This document shows positions 1-13,089 of a stretch of 64,000 nt of DNA, piece after piece. The notes below the pieces were generated by a model. That model did not search any database, was not told where the DNA came from, and saw nothing but the letters and a program-made list of their open reading frames with translations. Position 1 is the stretch's first letter. Each line of letters begins with the position of its first letter. The translations under genes and the position numbers were made by a program. Where the stretch lies: NCBI RefSeq assembly GCF_006345805.1, contig NC_043012.1, forward strand, positions 2,046,001-2,110,000, read 5' to 3'. Source of the DNA: Octopus sinensis (Eukaryota).

Positions 1-248
1 TTAAGATGCCATGCAGTAGAACTGAACCCAGAACCATGTGATTGTGAAGCAAGCTTCTTACCACAGAGCCACACCTGTGCCTGCAAAATATTTTTTTTTT
101 ATTTCAATAAAAGAAAGTGCAGGATCTAACTTCAGTGAAACACCACCGTCCACCAGTAATTATTTTCTAAGAACAATATAGAAAGCAATTTAAAATATCT
201 TTATAAGCATATCCACATCCTCATTTGTGCAGTTGATGGAATACTCAC

Positions 249-406
249 CAAAGATCTGAGGCTTCGGCCTGTTTCTGTTCCATGAAGTCTTGCACAGAGT
301 AAGTACCCATAATACGAAGACACAATCCTTTCAAAATCTGAAGTTTTTGAGCAGGTTCTAGATCATTTAATTCATGATTTTCCAACATATCTATCAATTC
401 TTCATT
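249..406 (-). CDS. BAZ1B: BAZ1B coding exon 15 (WHIM1 region)
   Basis: NEELIDMLENHELNDLEPAQKLQILKGLCLRIMGTYSVQDFMEQKQAEASDL+TG, compared with human EEKLQILTALCHRILMTYSVQDHME. Donor gtgagt. 158 nt. Confidence 0.94.
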
Positions 407-664
407 CTAGAGAAGGACAAAAAACAAAAAAGAAAAGAAAAAGGTAAAATACATTTGAAATAATCATTAATTCTACAATAGATAAAAACTCTAACATGAT
501 AACTAATAGTTTAGAGTAGGGGTCGCAATCTCATTTGGTCTTATAGACCAGATTGAAAGGAAGGCCACAAGGCTGGACAGGGACTATTACTATTCTTAAA
601 AGCTCTTTCCATAATATAAACCAAAGTAAACGGATTAAGAGAATTAATATACGACAACAGTAAA

Positions 665-1069
665 TCTTTATATATAAAAGTGAAGTTGTGTGTCTGTCTC
701 CTACGATTTAGATTCCTAGTCTCCTACGATTTAGATTCCTAACTACTCCCACATTTTGCGGTGCAGTATCTTATAGTCGTGATTCATATCGAGCCCTTCT
801 GGGTATTAGCGCGCGTCTACGATGAGTCTACGATTTAAAAAAAAATTTACCATCATTTTTTTCCATTTTAATGCATTTTTTCGCTATTATATAAGGGAAG
901 TAACTCTCTAAAAATGTCTACGATGAGTCAACGATTTAAAAAAAAATTTACCATAATTTTTTTCCATTTTTAATGCATTTTTTTGCTATTTTTTTGGCTA
1001 TAACTCTCTAAAAATGCTTATATAGTTATTTCCCTTACAAACCCGAGCAACGCCGGGCGATACTGCAAG
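665..1069 (+). mobile_element. Non-autonomous Helitron-like element
   Basis: A|TC start, 3' hairpin CCCGAGCAACGCCGGG, end CAAG|T (variant of CTAG), internal tandem duplications. 3' end shared with 6397-6781. Confidence 0.7.
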
Positions 1070-1939
1070 TACTATTATAATTATTCACAATAAGAGAATG
1101 CAGATGAAGTGTTAGCAAAGAATGTGTATAAATGTAGCAAAAAAATCAATTACATGATACAAATATGCACACATGATAAATACACACACACAGAGGGGAC
1201 CTTAAGATGTACTGATATGACTAATCAGAACCAGAATTAAACACGATTCTAGTTAGACTCCAATTCTGAACATACTAGTGAATTTTCCATATGCATGGGA
1301 CACAAATCCACATCTCTATATATTTGTGATGAGTACGCTACCGTTTACACCAATGTATCCACTCACTTCTTCCCATCTATTTTAAGAACTATAATGCCAT
1401 AGTGTTGTTTTTTAAACTGACAGGTAAAGACATTTTCTGCAATGATTTAAGAAGTGGTGATGGGTGACAATTCTATAAAAATAACATTTTGTAATTTTGT
1501 TAGCTTAAAGCTTATAAGTGATCACTGTGTATTGACTAAAGCAAACGGTCTAATATTGGGGCATATAAACCCTCGATGGAAAAGCATGGGGTTTCCATAT
1601 GCGTGATCACAAATACTAGTGAATATTTTAAAATCGAAATATAATAAAAAAAAATATTGGCCTGCAAGCTATATTTATGTTTCACACTTCTGGTTTATAG
1701 CATAAAATTGTTTAAAAAGATATATTTTATATTCTTATTTCATTGTAATTTTAAAGTATCTCATTCCCAAATAAATATACATTATTTGGATGAGCAACAA
1801 TTGTCAGAAGATGAGTGAGGTGAAAAATATTTACTTTAAAATTTACACACACAGCTGAAATATATCAAGACTAGAAATGTTGAAATCAGTAAAGACGACA
1901 AAGAAATCTACCAAAACAAACAAAGGAAACTAAACTTAC

Positions 1940-2101
1940 TAATTCTAACTCTTCTTCTACTTCACTAGTTGAGCTGTCATCACTCTGTGTTTCTTCGGCG
2001 ACATCTGTATCAATTTTCCTCAGAGCAAGACGGACGAGTTCAGTGGCAGTATAGTGATTCACAGGGATATCAGAAAGTGAGGTTTTCAATTCAGCATAAT
2101 C
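1940..2101 (-). CDS. BAZ1B: BAZ1B coding exon 14
   Basis: DYAELKTSLSDIPVNHYTATELVRLALRKIDTDVAEETQSDDSSTSEVEEELEL, compared with human DYGELGMKLSEIPLTLHSVSELVRLCLR. Donor gtaagt. 162 nt. Confidence 0.93.
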
Positions 2102-2727
2102 CTACAAAACAAAATTGATATATAGAGTTTATCCAGTGGCTGAGATAACAATGAAACAAACCATTCTTAATAAAATAAGACACACAACCAAACATGTAAC
2201 CCACAAAACAGAAATCATCGTCATCATCATTTAACATCCACTTTTCCATATTTGCATGGGCTGGATAGAAAAAGGGACACATTTTCTAAGGCAATGCCTT
2301 TCCTGTCACTAACCCTCTTCAGTTTCCAAGTGAGGCAATATTTCCCCATGGCCAAGCAGGTTTTCATGGAAGTTTGAAAATGAAGGCCAGAACTTCTATG
2401 TCAATGAAGCTCTTTTACAATAATCATGCAACGTCAAGACACAGAAGCACCAACTCACACACACATATATTAAACAGAATAATCTGAATGCTAAAAGGGT
2501 TAACACAAATTTCCTTTATGCAGTTTACAAATAGATTTCAAAATTTTACAGTGTCTCGAAAGATTCCAAATTGAAGAGTTTTAAAGTGATTGCTATTATT
2601 TGTAATAAAAACACATCAATCCCATAAATTAGTAAAATTAATTCCAAAAATTGAAAGAAAAACAAGTTTGAAAACAAAACAATAGTGATAACCACAAGGG
2701 TGAGATATTGTATTAGTAAATATTTAC

Positions 2728-2831
2728 CTCAGATATTTCATCTTGCAATAATGTTTGCAACAATATAACAAGTATTTCCGCAATAAATGAAGAACCTTTC
2801 TCCTTATCAACAAGGGCTTTCATTAATGTAT
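2728..2831 (-). CDS. BAZ1B: BAZ1B coding exon 13 (DDT domain, C-terminal half)
   Basis: AT+TLMKALVDKEKGSSFIAEILVILLQTLLQDEISE, compared with human VLVILLQTLLQDEIAE. Donor gtaaat. 104 nt. Confidence 0.95.
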
Positions 2832-3804
2832 CTGTAAAAAGTAAAGGAGAACACTTTTTTTTAGAAAATACAAAAGAAAATTCTTAATGACATTTGCAAC
2901 AGTGAATTTATAGTATTTTTTTTTCATAGCAAAATTATTCTGCATATTGATTGATGTACAAACAGTTTGACCGAGAGAAATGTAGTAGGCATAAAGTGTG
3001 TGTAAGTCTGTCGGAGGGGCTGGTCCTTAACCTAGTTTATTACCTAGTTTAACATCACAACCTGAAGGTCACTTTTCAATTGTGTGGCTTCAGTTTCAGT
3101 CCTAGGGCCTACCTCAAACTGACCAAAACCTTGTGAAGTTGGTAAATGGAAACAGAAAGAAGCCCATCACTATTTTTTTTCTCGCCATTTTTCATTCTCA
3201 CTCCATTTTTTTTTTTTTTTACCTCAGTCCTTTCTGTCAAAGAGTGTAGATTTGAAACATCAAAGACTTTTCCATTCTTCCCAAGCATTAAATCAATACA
3301 CCTGCTTGTTGTTCCATCACCTTCTTTGTCTTTTGTTTTTTGTAAATTTGAACTATATATATATATAAAACCTTTTTTTCTTGGTTCGACTACCATACAT
3401 GCAACATCTATATTCCTCCCCATCCCTGTCATCTCTTATGTCTCTGCCATAATAAGGCTTCACTTCTACAAATGCCAGATTAATTTAATTTCTACTTAGT
3501 CGAAAGACACCTGTTGTTAATGTCCTGATATTTGCATTTGTGTACCATTTATCCGGGTTTTTTCCGTCCTTGTTTTCATATATATTCACTGCTTTCTTCC
3601 AAGGAACCTAGTGCACTTAGCTTAGTTTCTCCTTGGGCTGGCCAGATTGGAGCAATCTTCAGTATAACCAGCTGAAATTGCAAAGATAATCTGAAACTCA
3701 ATTGAGGAAAGAAAACTCCGAATGACCCATCCTTGCTTTTTCTTGTCCCTTTTTTTGTATCATCTGTCTGGATGTTTTGCGTTCTTGTCCCATTTTTTGT
3801 ATTC

Positions 3805-3853
<49 letters not shown>

Positions 3854-4248
3854 TATATATATATATATAGTTTGTTTATTTTGCATCAATTTTCCATGTG
3901 TGTGACTGAGTGAATGTTTACAAAAAGTTATGATGAGCTGACATAATTTGTGTTTGAGTTACAAACAGTAAAAGTTGTTGAAACTCCCTGTGAACAAAGC
4001 ATCCATTATACCTGCATTCTTAGGATTCCTCTAGAATAGAAACTTCTAACTTGAAAAACGGGTAAGTATTGGCAACAGGAAGTGCAAACTAGCTATAAAA
4101 ATCCTGTCCCGAATCTATTTTTGTCCATAGCAGGACAAACTCTTTTGCAAACATCCAGGCCAGGACAACTTCCAGGGTAACTTCCTCCATACTGCTTAAC
4201 AGTCTTGAAAAAGGTCAAGGGCACTTCCATTCTTCTTTTGGCTAAACT

Positions 4249-5190
4249 ATCATCATCATCATCATTATTTAACATCCGTTTTCCATGCTGGCATGGGATG
4301 GATGGTTTGACTGGGGTCTGACAAGCCAGGAGGCCACACCAAACTCCAATTTGATCTGGCTATGTTTCTACAGCTGGATGTCTTTCCTAACGCCAACCAC
4401 TCCGAGAGTGTAGTGGGTGCTTTTACGTGCCACCGACACAGAAGCTAGATGGGGCGAGGGGGCTAACATCGACCACATTCGGATGGTGCTTTTGACGTGC
4501 CACTGGCACGGGGAACCAGTCAGGCAGCACTGGCAACGACCAACGCATGAATGATGCTTATTGCATTCCACAAGTATGGGAGCCAGTCAGATGGCACTGG
4601 CATCAGCCACAACTAAAATTTCCATTTGATTGTGGTTTGATTTAATTTTGAATGGACTTAACTCAATAGATCTCCTCAAGCACAGCATGCTACCTGACTT
4701 TTTTAAAGTGGGCTGGTTATGCAACACTGGCGTACAAAGCTAAACCTATCAAGCTCATTACAGTAACCCTTTAGCACATTCAGATTACTCTTGTAAATGT
4801 AATGCTTGTTTATCTACATTGTTTTGAATTAATCATGCTTTAACTCATCATCATTTAACATTCATTTTCCATGCTGGCATGGATTGGACAGTTTGACTGA
4901 GGTCTGAAAAGCCAGTGGCTGCACCAGGCTCCAATCTGATCTGGCAATTATTCTACAGCTGGATACCCTTCCTAATGCCAACCACTCCGAGAGTGTAGTG
5001 GGTACTTTTTATGTGGCACCAGCACAGGAGCCAGTTGGGTGGCCCTGACATCAGCCACATTCAGATGGTGTTTTTTATGTGCCACCAGCATGGGAGCCAG
5101 TCAGGCGGACTTGGCATTGACCACGTTCAGATGGTGCTTTTTACATGTCACCAGTACAGCAGCCAGTCAGAGGGTACTGGCATCGGCATT
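4249..5190 (-). mobile_element. Two RTE-family 3'UTR/VNTR copies (about 4249-4625 and 4846-5190)
   Basis: (CAT)n + TTTAACATCC..CCATGCTGGCATGG..GATGCCCTTCCTAACGCCAACCACTCC core plus repeat units. Confidence 0.8.
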
Positions 5191-5445
5191 ATGTAATGTT
5201 GAGACACAGGTACACATTCATAAACAATGAGCTTCTCTGAGTTTCCGTCTACCAAATTCACTCACATGGTTTTGGATGGTCTGGTGCTATAGCAGACACT
5301 AGCCCAAGGTGCAGTGCAGCAGAACTAAACCTGGAACTATGTGGTTGGTAAGCAAACTTCTTATCACACAGCCATGGCTGCACCTCCCATATACCTGGAT
5401 AATAGATTTCTTAGAAAGAAAATAACAAATAGCTCTCCAACATAC

Positions 5446-5614
5446 CTGAATAATAGACCTGCTCTCCTTGTGGCATTAATAAACCGGCAAAACAGTTAAT
5501 GAATTCTGTAACCATAGCAACATCACCAAATGCTTCTACCGGTAAAACCTTTGGATGTGAAATCAATTTTGGAACTGGAAGAGACTTTTGATCCAGATCT
5601 TGATCTTCATAACG
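5446..5614 (-). CDS. BAZ1B: BAZ1B coding exon 12 (DDT domain, N-terminal half)
   Basis: RYEDQDLDQKSLPVPKLISHPKVLPVEAFGDVAMVTEFINCFAGLLMPQGEQVYYS+G, compared with human RYEDQ...FGDVAMVVEFLSCYSGLL. Donor gtatgt. 169 nt. Confidence 0.95.
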
Positions 5615-6396
5615 CTGAAAATATATCCATAAAACAGATGCTTTAATAACTGATTTTAATTTAGATACAAAATGACATCTGTGTATGTGTATGTGTGGGG
5701 GGGATAAAGCTGATTAAATCAAGTTCTAGTATGTAGCTGGCAAATTTATGGTGCAAAGAGTAAAGGCATTCTTATAGAGATTTGGACTTCAAACTGTAAT
5801 GAGAAATATTGTTGATTTCAAATTTGGCAAAAGGCCAGCAAGTTCAGGAGAAGGTCTTAGTCGATTACCTCAACCCCAGTGCTCAACCTGTACTTATTTT
5901 ATTGACCCCCAAAATGATGAAAGGTGAGGTTGATCTCGGTGAAATTTGAACTCAAAGCATTAATACAGATGAGATGCTACTAAACATTTTGCTTGGCATG
6001 CGAAGGATTCTATCAGGTCACTGCCTTAATAATAATAATAATAATAATAATAATCCTTTCTACTATAGGCACAAGGCCTGAAATTTGTGGGGAGAGGGAT
6101 AGTCGATCATATCAACCCTAGTACTTGACAGGTACTTAATTTACTGACCCCAAAAGGATGGAAGACGAAAACGACCTGGGTAGAATTTCTTTCAACTATA
6201 GGCACAAGGCCTGACATTTTGGGAAGAGAGCTAATCAATTACTTCAACTCCCATTCTTAACTGACCTTGGTGGAACCTGAGCTCCGAATATAAAGACAGA
6301 CGAAATGCTATGAAGCATTTTGTCCAATTTGCTAATGATTCTGCAAACCTGCCACCGGGATAATAATGGTTTCTAATTTAGGCACAAGGCCAGTAA

Positions 6397-6781
6397 TCTC
6401 TCTCTATATAAACGGCAGTTTGTCTGTGCGTGTTTCTGTGTGTCTGTTTGCTTGTACCCTCACCCCGACCACGGCTTTCAACCGATTCTGATGAAACTTG
6501 ACACACGCATAGCCCAATGTCATAATTCAAAACTAACGCAGCAAAAATTTTGAAAAGTTCCCCCACTTCTGAAAAAAATCGATAAATTCGACATGGGGTC
6601 GGGAATCAGAAACACGAACCACAACCTGTCTAGGGGACGCAACTCCACCTTTTTTAAATCTCAAAAAAAATTTACCATCATTTTTTTCCCATTTTTTTGC
6701 TATTTTTTGGCTATAACTCTCTAAAAATGCTTTATAGTTATTTCCCTTACAAACCTGAGCAACACCGGGCGATACTGCTAG
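6397..6781 (+). mobile_element. Non-autonomous Helitron-like element
   Basis: A|TC start, degenerate subterminal hairpin CCTGAGCAACACCGGG, CTAG|T end, no TSD. Confidence 0.75.
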
Positions 6782-6879
6782 TTTTGAATACAATCAAAAC
6801 CTGGTTAGAGATTTAGCTCACTAGAGGCTTACCTCTAACATACCCTCAAGTACAACACAAAGAAAAATAAGGTTCTTAC

Positions 6880-7009
6880 CCTTGAAAGTTCTCGTTTCTT
6901 CTTCCTGATTGCTTCCTGTCTTGCTCTTCGATCTTCAGCTTGTTTTTTCTTGGATTCTTCTCTTTTCTTTTGTAGATATTCCTCACGTTGTTCTGCAGTC
7001 ATTGCCTTC
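6880..7009 (-). CDS. BAZ1B: BAZ1B coding exon 11 (charged, coiled-coil-like segment)
   Basis: G+KAMTAEQREEYLQKKREESKKKQAEDRRARQEAIRKKKRELSR, compared with human SMSEEQRKEYLKKKREE. Donor gtaaga. 130 nt. Confidence 0.92.
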
Positions 7010-8526
7010 CTAAAAATTCATTTTGCATAAAGATATTTCATTAAATATTCTTATAATAAAGTCACCCAAAGTTTAAACTTTGTGTAGTGATTAGTTACGT
7101 TTCCACATTATTTCCTGTACTAGATAGAGTAAGATAGAGCTACAAAAGGGATTCATTTATTCTTTTATATATTTACTATTTGACAAGAACTCATTGCCTT
7201 TTTGTCCATCAGGCATAAAATACCTCAAGCCCTGAGCCTATTGCTCAGTGCTCAGCCTCCTTCGATGGACTAACATTTACTCAGCAATCATTTTCTCAAC
7301 TAACTTGAAATTAGTTTTTGAGGCTCGCACCTTTTATATATTTACTAGTTAGCCAGTATGTGTGTGTGTGTGTGAGGGAGTAGACAATGCTAATCATCTT
7401 TGCCACAATTGAACATCTCAAAGGAAAATGTGGGAAAGGAAGAAACAGCAGTCAGGACAGGGTGCTTGCAACACAGTTAACTCCACTGAAAGTGTTAAAA
7501 CACAGATGGTGTGTTACAAACTCAGTGTTCAACTAATATTTCAATACCATAAACTAGCACTCTTTTTCAAAACATGTACACCCTACACATCAGCAAAAGC
7601 TGTAACTTCTCAAGACGTTTTCCCCACCAACTAATACCTTGGCCACTATGCTATTACTAGCTTCAACACCAAAACTAGTCACAACACTGAAGCAATAAGA
7701 TTCTAAATAGCAAAAGTCTGAAAAATGTTTATGCCTGAAATACATTAACATGCATTCTTGCATTGTTGCCAAATAAACCAACTTCCAAACTTGTATAGAA
7801 TGAAGACAGTGTTCCATAACTTATTACAGGGTCTCAAAGATGGATGGGAAGGAGAGAGGAAAGAATCCTCAAATTCTAAGGCTGGCCTAAATACCTACAA
7901 CAGAGTAAGGCTCAGCTAAAGAAACACAATATACCAGGTAGTAGTGTTAAACCAGATGATGGATTAAGTCTACAAGTCAAATTGACTAAAGTAAGATTTG
8001 AACTCTAGAAACAAGGAGCCAGAACAAATACCACAAGGCACTCAGTTTAACATTCTTACATTGCTTTGGTTTGGTACATGTTTCAATTCCACAAGAATAA
8101 AAGGCAAAATTGATCTGAGCAGGATTTGAACCCAGAATATCAAACAAAATGTTTTGCAGTCTGATGCTCTACTAACTGAGCTATGTAGGTAGACAAACAG
8201 AGAAATAAATTCCTGAAAACAAAGTACATATTAGTAAATGGTTACAGAATTCAGTGTGCAAAACATTCAGAGTCCGTATTTTTATGCCATACATCCCAGG
8301 GAGGGATTGAGGGTTTAGAAAGGCCATCAGGGGAAAATGTGTCAGAATAATCCAGTTGACAGAAATCCTAAAGAAACACATCAGAGAATGTGATGGATCT
8401 CAGGTTGGAAGATCAATTTAAAGACAACTAAATAACCTGTGGGTCACCAGCAAATAATGTTAAGCATGCAAAAGACCCAACTATTTTGTCTATCAATGGA
8501 AAAAAAATAAAAATAAATAAACTTAC

Positions 8527-8691
8527 AGCTTTTTCCTTTCCTCGTGACTTTGAAAAGCTTTCAGGACAATGTCTTTCACATCGGGAGGCAACTTTTCTCT
8601 CTGTTGAGCTGATAAGTGTATAACAACTTTTTCTAGAATTTTCTTATATTCATTTCTGTTACTATCTTTAGTCTTCATAGCTGCCATTAAT
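8527..8691 (-). CDS. BAZ1B: BAZ1B coding exon 10
   Basis: A+LMAAMKTKDSNRNEYKKILEKVVIHLSAQQREKLPPDVKDIVLKAFQSHEERKK+CT, compared with human LSSEDRARLPEELRSLV. Donor gtaagt. 165 nt. Confidence 0.9.
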
Positions 8692-9341
8692 CTAAGGGGG
8701 AAAGAATTAATAATAATAAAGTTTAATTATTAAAGTGTTAAAAACTTCTTTTTCTAATTATTAATTCATCTAACACAACTTCATACTATTTCCAAGTGTG
8801 ATAAAGGTTTCCAATAAGATAAAGTTTAATTCTCAACAGCACAATATTAAATCAAAGAATTGTTGATTTAAAATGAAACAAATGTAACCTGAAATTCTAA
8901 ACAATTACAAACAATAATTTTCGTTATAAACAGTAACCATTTCACTTAAACAGATTTTGATGGCAGTATACTGGCCAACATCAGATTGAACTTCATTCAA
9001 GGCATTTTGCCAATGTCAGTTCATAGATTTTAGAAACTTAAATGTGTTTTAGATAAAAACTTTTGTCAGTTTTGATCAGAAGACATAATTACAATAATTT
9101 TAAAACCACTACTAGTGATTATTGCAATAGTTAATTAAGCAAAGTTTATTTAAGAAATATTTTCTACATAATGTCATAACTAATGCAAAAACATGGAAAA
9201 AGAGTCAGCAATGCCTTTCCTAAAAGCGTTAAAAACACAACTGATTCTGGGAATCAAAAACCAGAATTAAGTAGCTGCTTTTAATATATTCATGAGAAAG
9301 AAAAAAAAGGCTTTGAGGTCAATTTGTTGCACTAATACAAA

Positions 9342-9658
9342 GTCAGAAAACAGCACAGCGCCCATGACTTCAGGAAACATTTTTTCACGCTGAGAGTTGC
9401 TGAAGCATGGAACAAACTGCCGGCATCAGTTGTTAGTTGTTGGAGCACAGCATCCTTCAAAACTTCCATGCTTTCTGAGATTCGCCAACACTACACCTGA
9501 TTTTCTCCCCTCCATACACACACAGGCATGTATCTGACTCATACATTGTTCGCTTTCCAGACATTTTTACATTACTGCATGTACTTTATACGCACTTTCT
9601 GACAAGTTGTGGTGCACCTGAGCACTGTATACAATAATTTCATTATTATTTATTTTAT
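9342..9658 (+). mobile_element. CR1-type LINE 3' fragment
   Basis: Translates RKQHSAHDFRKHFFTLRVAEAWNKLPASVV...YT* (CR1-like RxxFFxxRVxxxWNxLP motif), followed by a 3'UTR and (ATT)-type tail. Confidence 0.75.
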
Positions 9659-9912
9659 AGTGCCAATCAGGAGTTAAAATCTCACAACAGTTACTATAGA
9701 CAAGGTACATAACTCTGCCCGTCTTTGTATAATTAGTGGAAAACAGATTTCATGGTTAAAAAGCAGGAAAGGCATCATGATTTTAAAAGAATTTCTTCAA
9801 CAATAGGTATTTTTTCTAAGTCATAAAATCATCCCTTCATACTGGCATAGAAGAAAAAAAAATTGCACAAGTCTACAAACGGAAGAAAACTATACAAATT
9901 CCTGCTACTTAC

Positions 9913-10028
9913 TTTCGTACAAGAGGAGGTGGTTTTTGAGGTGAAGATGCTGCGGAGGGTTTCTTTTTCTCGGGTGTCTTTGGTCCTTTCTTGGTTGACA
10001 TTTCCAGCAATGTCATTTGTTTCATACT
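9913..10028 (-). CDS. BAZ1B: BAZ1B coding exon 9
   Basis: SMKQMTLLEMSTKKGPKTPEKKKPSAASSPQKPPPLVR+AA, compared with human MKQMTLLDM. Acceptor tctcccag, donor gtaagt. 116 nt. Confidence 0.92.
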
Positions 10029-11727
10029 CTGGGAGAGACAATAAATAACAACATTGAGTGACAAGACAATGGCAGTGAGGTTCAGAAACTGAACTATTTG
10101 ACCAACCAGATAATGACGCACCATAACAACAAATTTAACAGACCACTCTTGGTTTAGTTTAGAGATTCAACAGTTCAAGACAGTATTTGATTACCCCAGT
10201 GTCCCCTGCTTGTCAAGAAATATTGTGCAAGGAGAAAATCATATAAAACAAGAAAATTTCAAAGTAGCAACAAATCTCATAGCATTTTCAGAATACTTTC
10301 AGTAACAAAGAAAACCCAAAACTTGCCCTCGGGTCTTCCAAAACACTGATTCAATACAGCCTACCCTACAAGGGGACGAGTGGTTGTCGGTATTGGCTGA
10401 AGTCAATTTAGCAACATGTGAGCCGTGAAAAGAAACAAGGTTTTGCATTGGAAGGAAACAAATGAAGGGCCAACACTGCCTAAAATATATTTCATGCCCT
10501 CACATCACATAACTAACAAGTTACCTAAATTTGTTTTTATTTTTTTGCTTCTTGAAATAAACATCCTTAAAAATACAACAGAAACATGATGCTTGATACC
10601 ACATGCACCATATGCATTATATAACGGGGGGGGGACATCATTTGATGATGAGGTTTAGTTGATTAATTAACTGAATTCTCTGCTAATTGAATTAACATGT
10701 AAGCAGCTGAGTGCTCCACAGACATATGTAGCCTGATGCTATTCTCAGACAGAATCAGCATGATACACCATGTGACAAGGCTGTATCTTTTGAACTACAG
10801 ACACAATCCATCAACAGATCTCATACAGTTTTTGTTCACCTGATTTCACTTCCAAGACATGGGTTGACCACAACCTGTAGAAAATGACACAATGTCATGC
10901 AGTAAGATTGAACCAAGACCGGGTTGTTGTAAAACTCTTAACCATTCAGCCATACGGAGCCTACACATACACACACTCAATTTTCTGCATGCCAAGAATC
11001 TTTGGAGAACTCATATTTCAAATATTTACGTGTTTATGAAGCAACAGAGTCAACAATCAAAATTTACAATTGCCTTTGTGGCTATAGAAGAAAAACACTT
11101 GCCCAAGGCCCCACACTGTAGGACTAAAGTTAAAAACCATATGGTTGGAAAGCAAATTTCTTAACCACCCAGCCATGCTGGGGCTGACATATATGTATGC
11201 ATGATTTTCAAATATTAAAATTTGCTGTATGAGCATCACAGAATATATATCAATAGAATTATCAAGGGCACAATTATGAATCATCTGTGAGAATGGAATG
11301 GCGGTATCTCCCAAGAGATAAATAGTGAAGATGAGTCCAGGTGGCATTTCAAGGTACAAGGTGAGAAGTGGGGGTACAAGAGTGCATGGGGGGGGATACA
11401 GAAAATGGGAGAGAAAGATATGCATATGTGTATATATGAGTGTGTGTGTGTATGTATCTTTGTATTTGTGCTAATCTCCCAACACTGCTTGACAACTGAT
11501 GGTTTGTTTACATCCCTGTACCTTAGTGGTTTGGCAAAAGAGTCCAACAGAATAAGCACCAGACTTGAAAAAAAAATAAAAAAGATTAAAAAAATAACTG
11601 GAGTCTCTTTGACTAAATACTTCAAGGTGGTGCCCCAGCATGACCACAGTTCAATGAACGAGTGAAACAAATAAAAGGTGTACAAAATAAACTAAACTAT
11701 ACAAAACACGAAATAATTCAAGCTTAC

Positions 11728-12384
11728 CTTGTTCTTTTTCGGAGTTTCTTTATCCTTAGACTTACTACTACTATTACTACTGCTACTTTTCTTTTTATCC
11801 TTCTCACCGGAGACTTTCTTCTTTTTGTCAGACTCTTTCGAAGACTTCTTCTTTTCAGAGCTCTTTGATGACGATTTCTTAGCACTCCCTTTCCCTTGAT
11901 CTTTCTGTACAGTCTTAGGCTTTTTAGGGGTGCTTTGCCGGCTGTCAGTTTTTTTGCTCTTTGTGGGTGTACGCTGCATTTTTAACGTACTTAGGGGGAC
12001 ATCATCATCATCTTTGCTCAATGGAAGCTTTTTTTTTAATTTTCCAAGAGTACAATCTTCACTAGTATCTGAATCTTCATCAGAAGAATCCACGTCATTT
12101 GCTAATTTGCTTTTTTTGCTTGGACTGCCGCTGTTGCTGTTCTTCGATATAGAGGGTTTCCTTTTAGTTGTACTGCTGCTGTTGCTACTGCTACTACTAG
12201 TATTTAATTTACCCTGCTTTGCTTTCTTCTTCGAACTGCTTTCCGATTCATCCTTCTTTTTCTTGGAGGTTTTCGTAGGTTTAGATTTATCAAGTTTAGA
12301 TTTTTTGGCATTTGAAGAATTTTGAGATTTACTACTGGACAGTTTGCGTTTCTTTGCACATTCATCTAAGGAATGATCTTGTAT
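11728..12384 (-). CDS. BAZ1B: BAZ1B coding exon 8 (Lys/Ser-rich low-complexity linker)
   Basis: IQDHSLDECAKKRK...KDKETPKKNK, 219 codons within track ORF 11692..12432. Acceptor attcag, donor gtaagc, phase 0/0. Confidence 0.9.
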
Positions 12385-12573
12385 CTGAATAAACAAAATT
12401 AAAACTAAAGATGTCACAATCTTGATTATCATGAAATAAATTAATAATTAATTTACGTGAGAGAGAAAGAGACAGAAACAGATAGAGAATGTGAGTCTGT
12501 GTGTCAAAGTAAGTGCATACACAACAGAGAAAGAATGCACGTGTGAGATAGAGAGAAGCAGAAATAGACAGAA

Positions 12574-12604
<31 letters not shown>

Positions 12605-13089
12605 AAGTGCATGTAAGTATATGAGTTTTTGTAATGGCTGAATATATGAGACATAGGTTCAAATCTATAGCAGGAATTTTGTTTCTGCTTAACTCTTTTG
12701 ATACCTTGTGGCACCAGCACAGGTGTTACTAGATGCCAGCATGGATGCTTTTACCATGATACTAGCACATATACTCATATGTGATCCCACCACAGGTGCT
12801 TTTTATGTGGTGCTGGCATGGGTGCTTTCTATATAGCACTGATAGTTGTTAGAATGCAAACCTAACTATATTAAGGTTTATGTTGTGTTCCTTTATGTCC
12901 CTAACACGAATGGCTTGATAAATAGGGATCAATAAAATAATAGCAAACTTAATAAGTATAGGGTTTGATATAATCAACTGAAACTTCAAAGGTAGTGCTC
13001 CAGTATGGCCAGAGTCAAATGACAGACAACAGCAAAAAAATTAAGAAATAAAAAAAGACAGCAAATTGAAAGACACAAAATAAGCTTAC

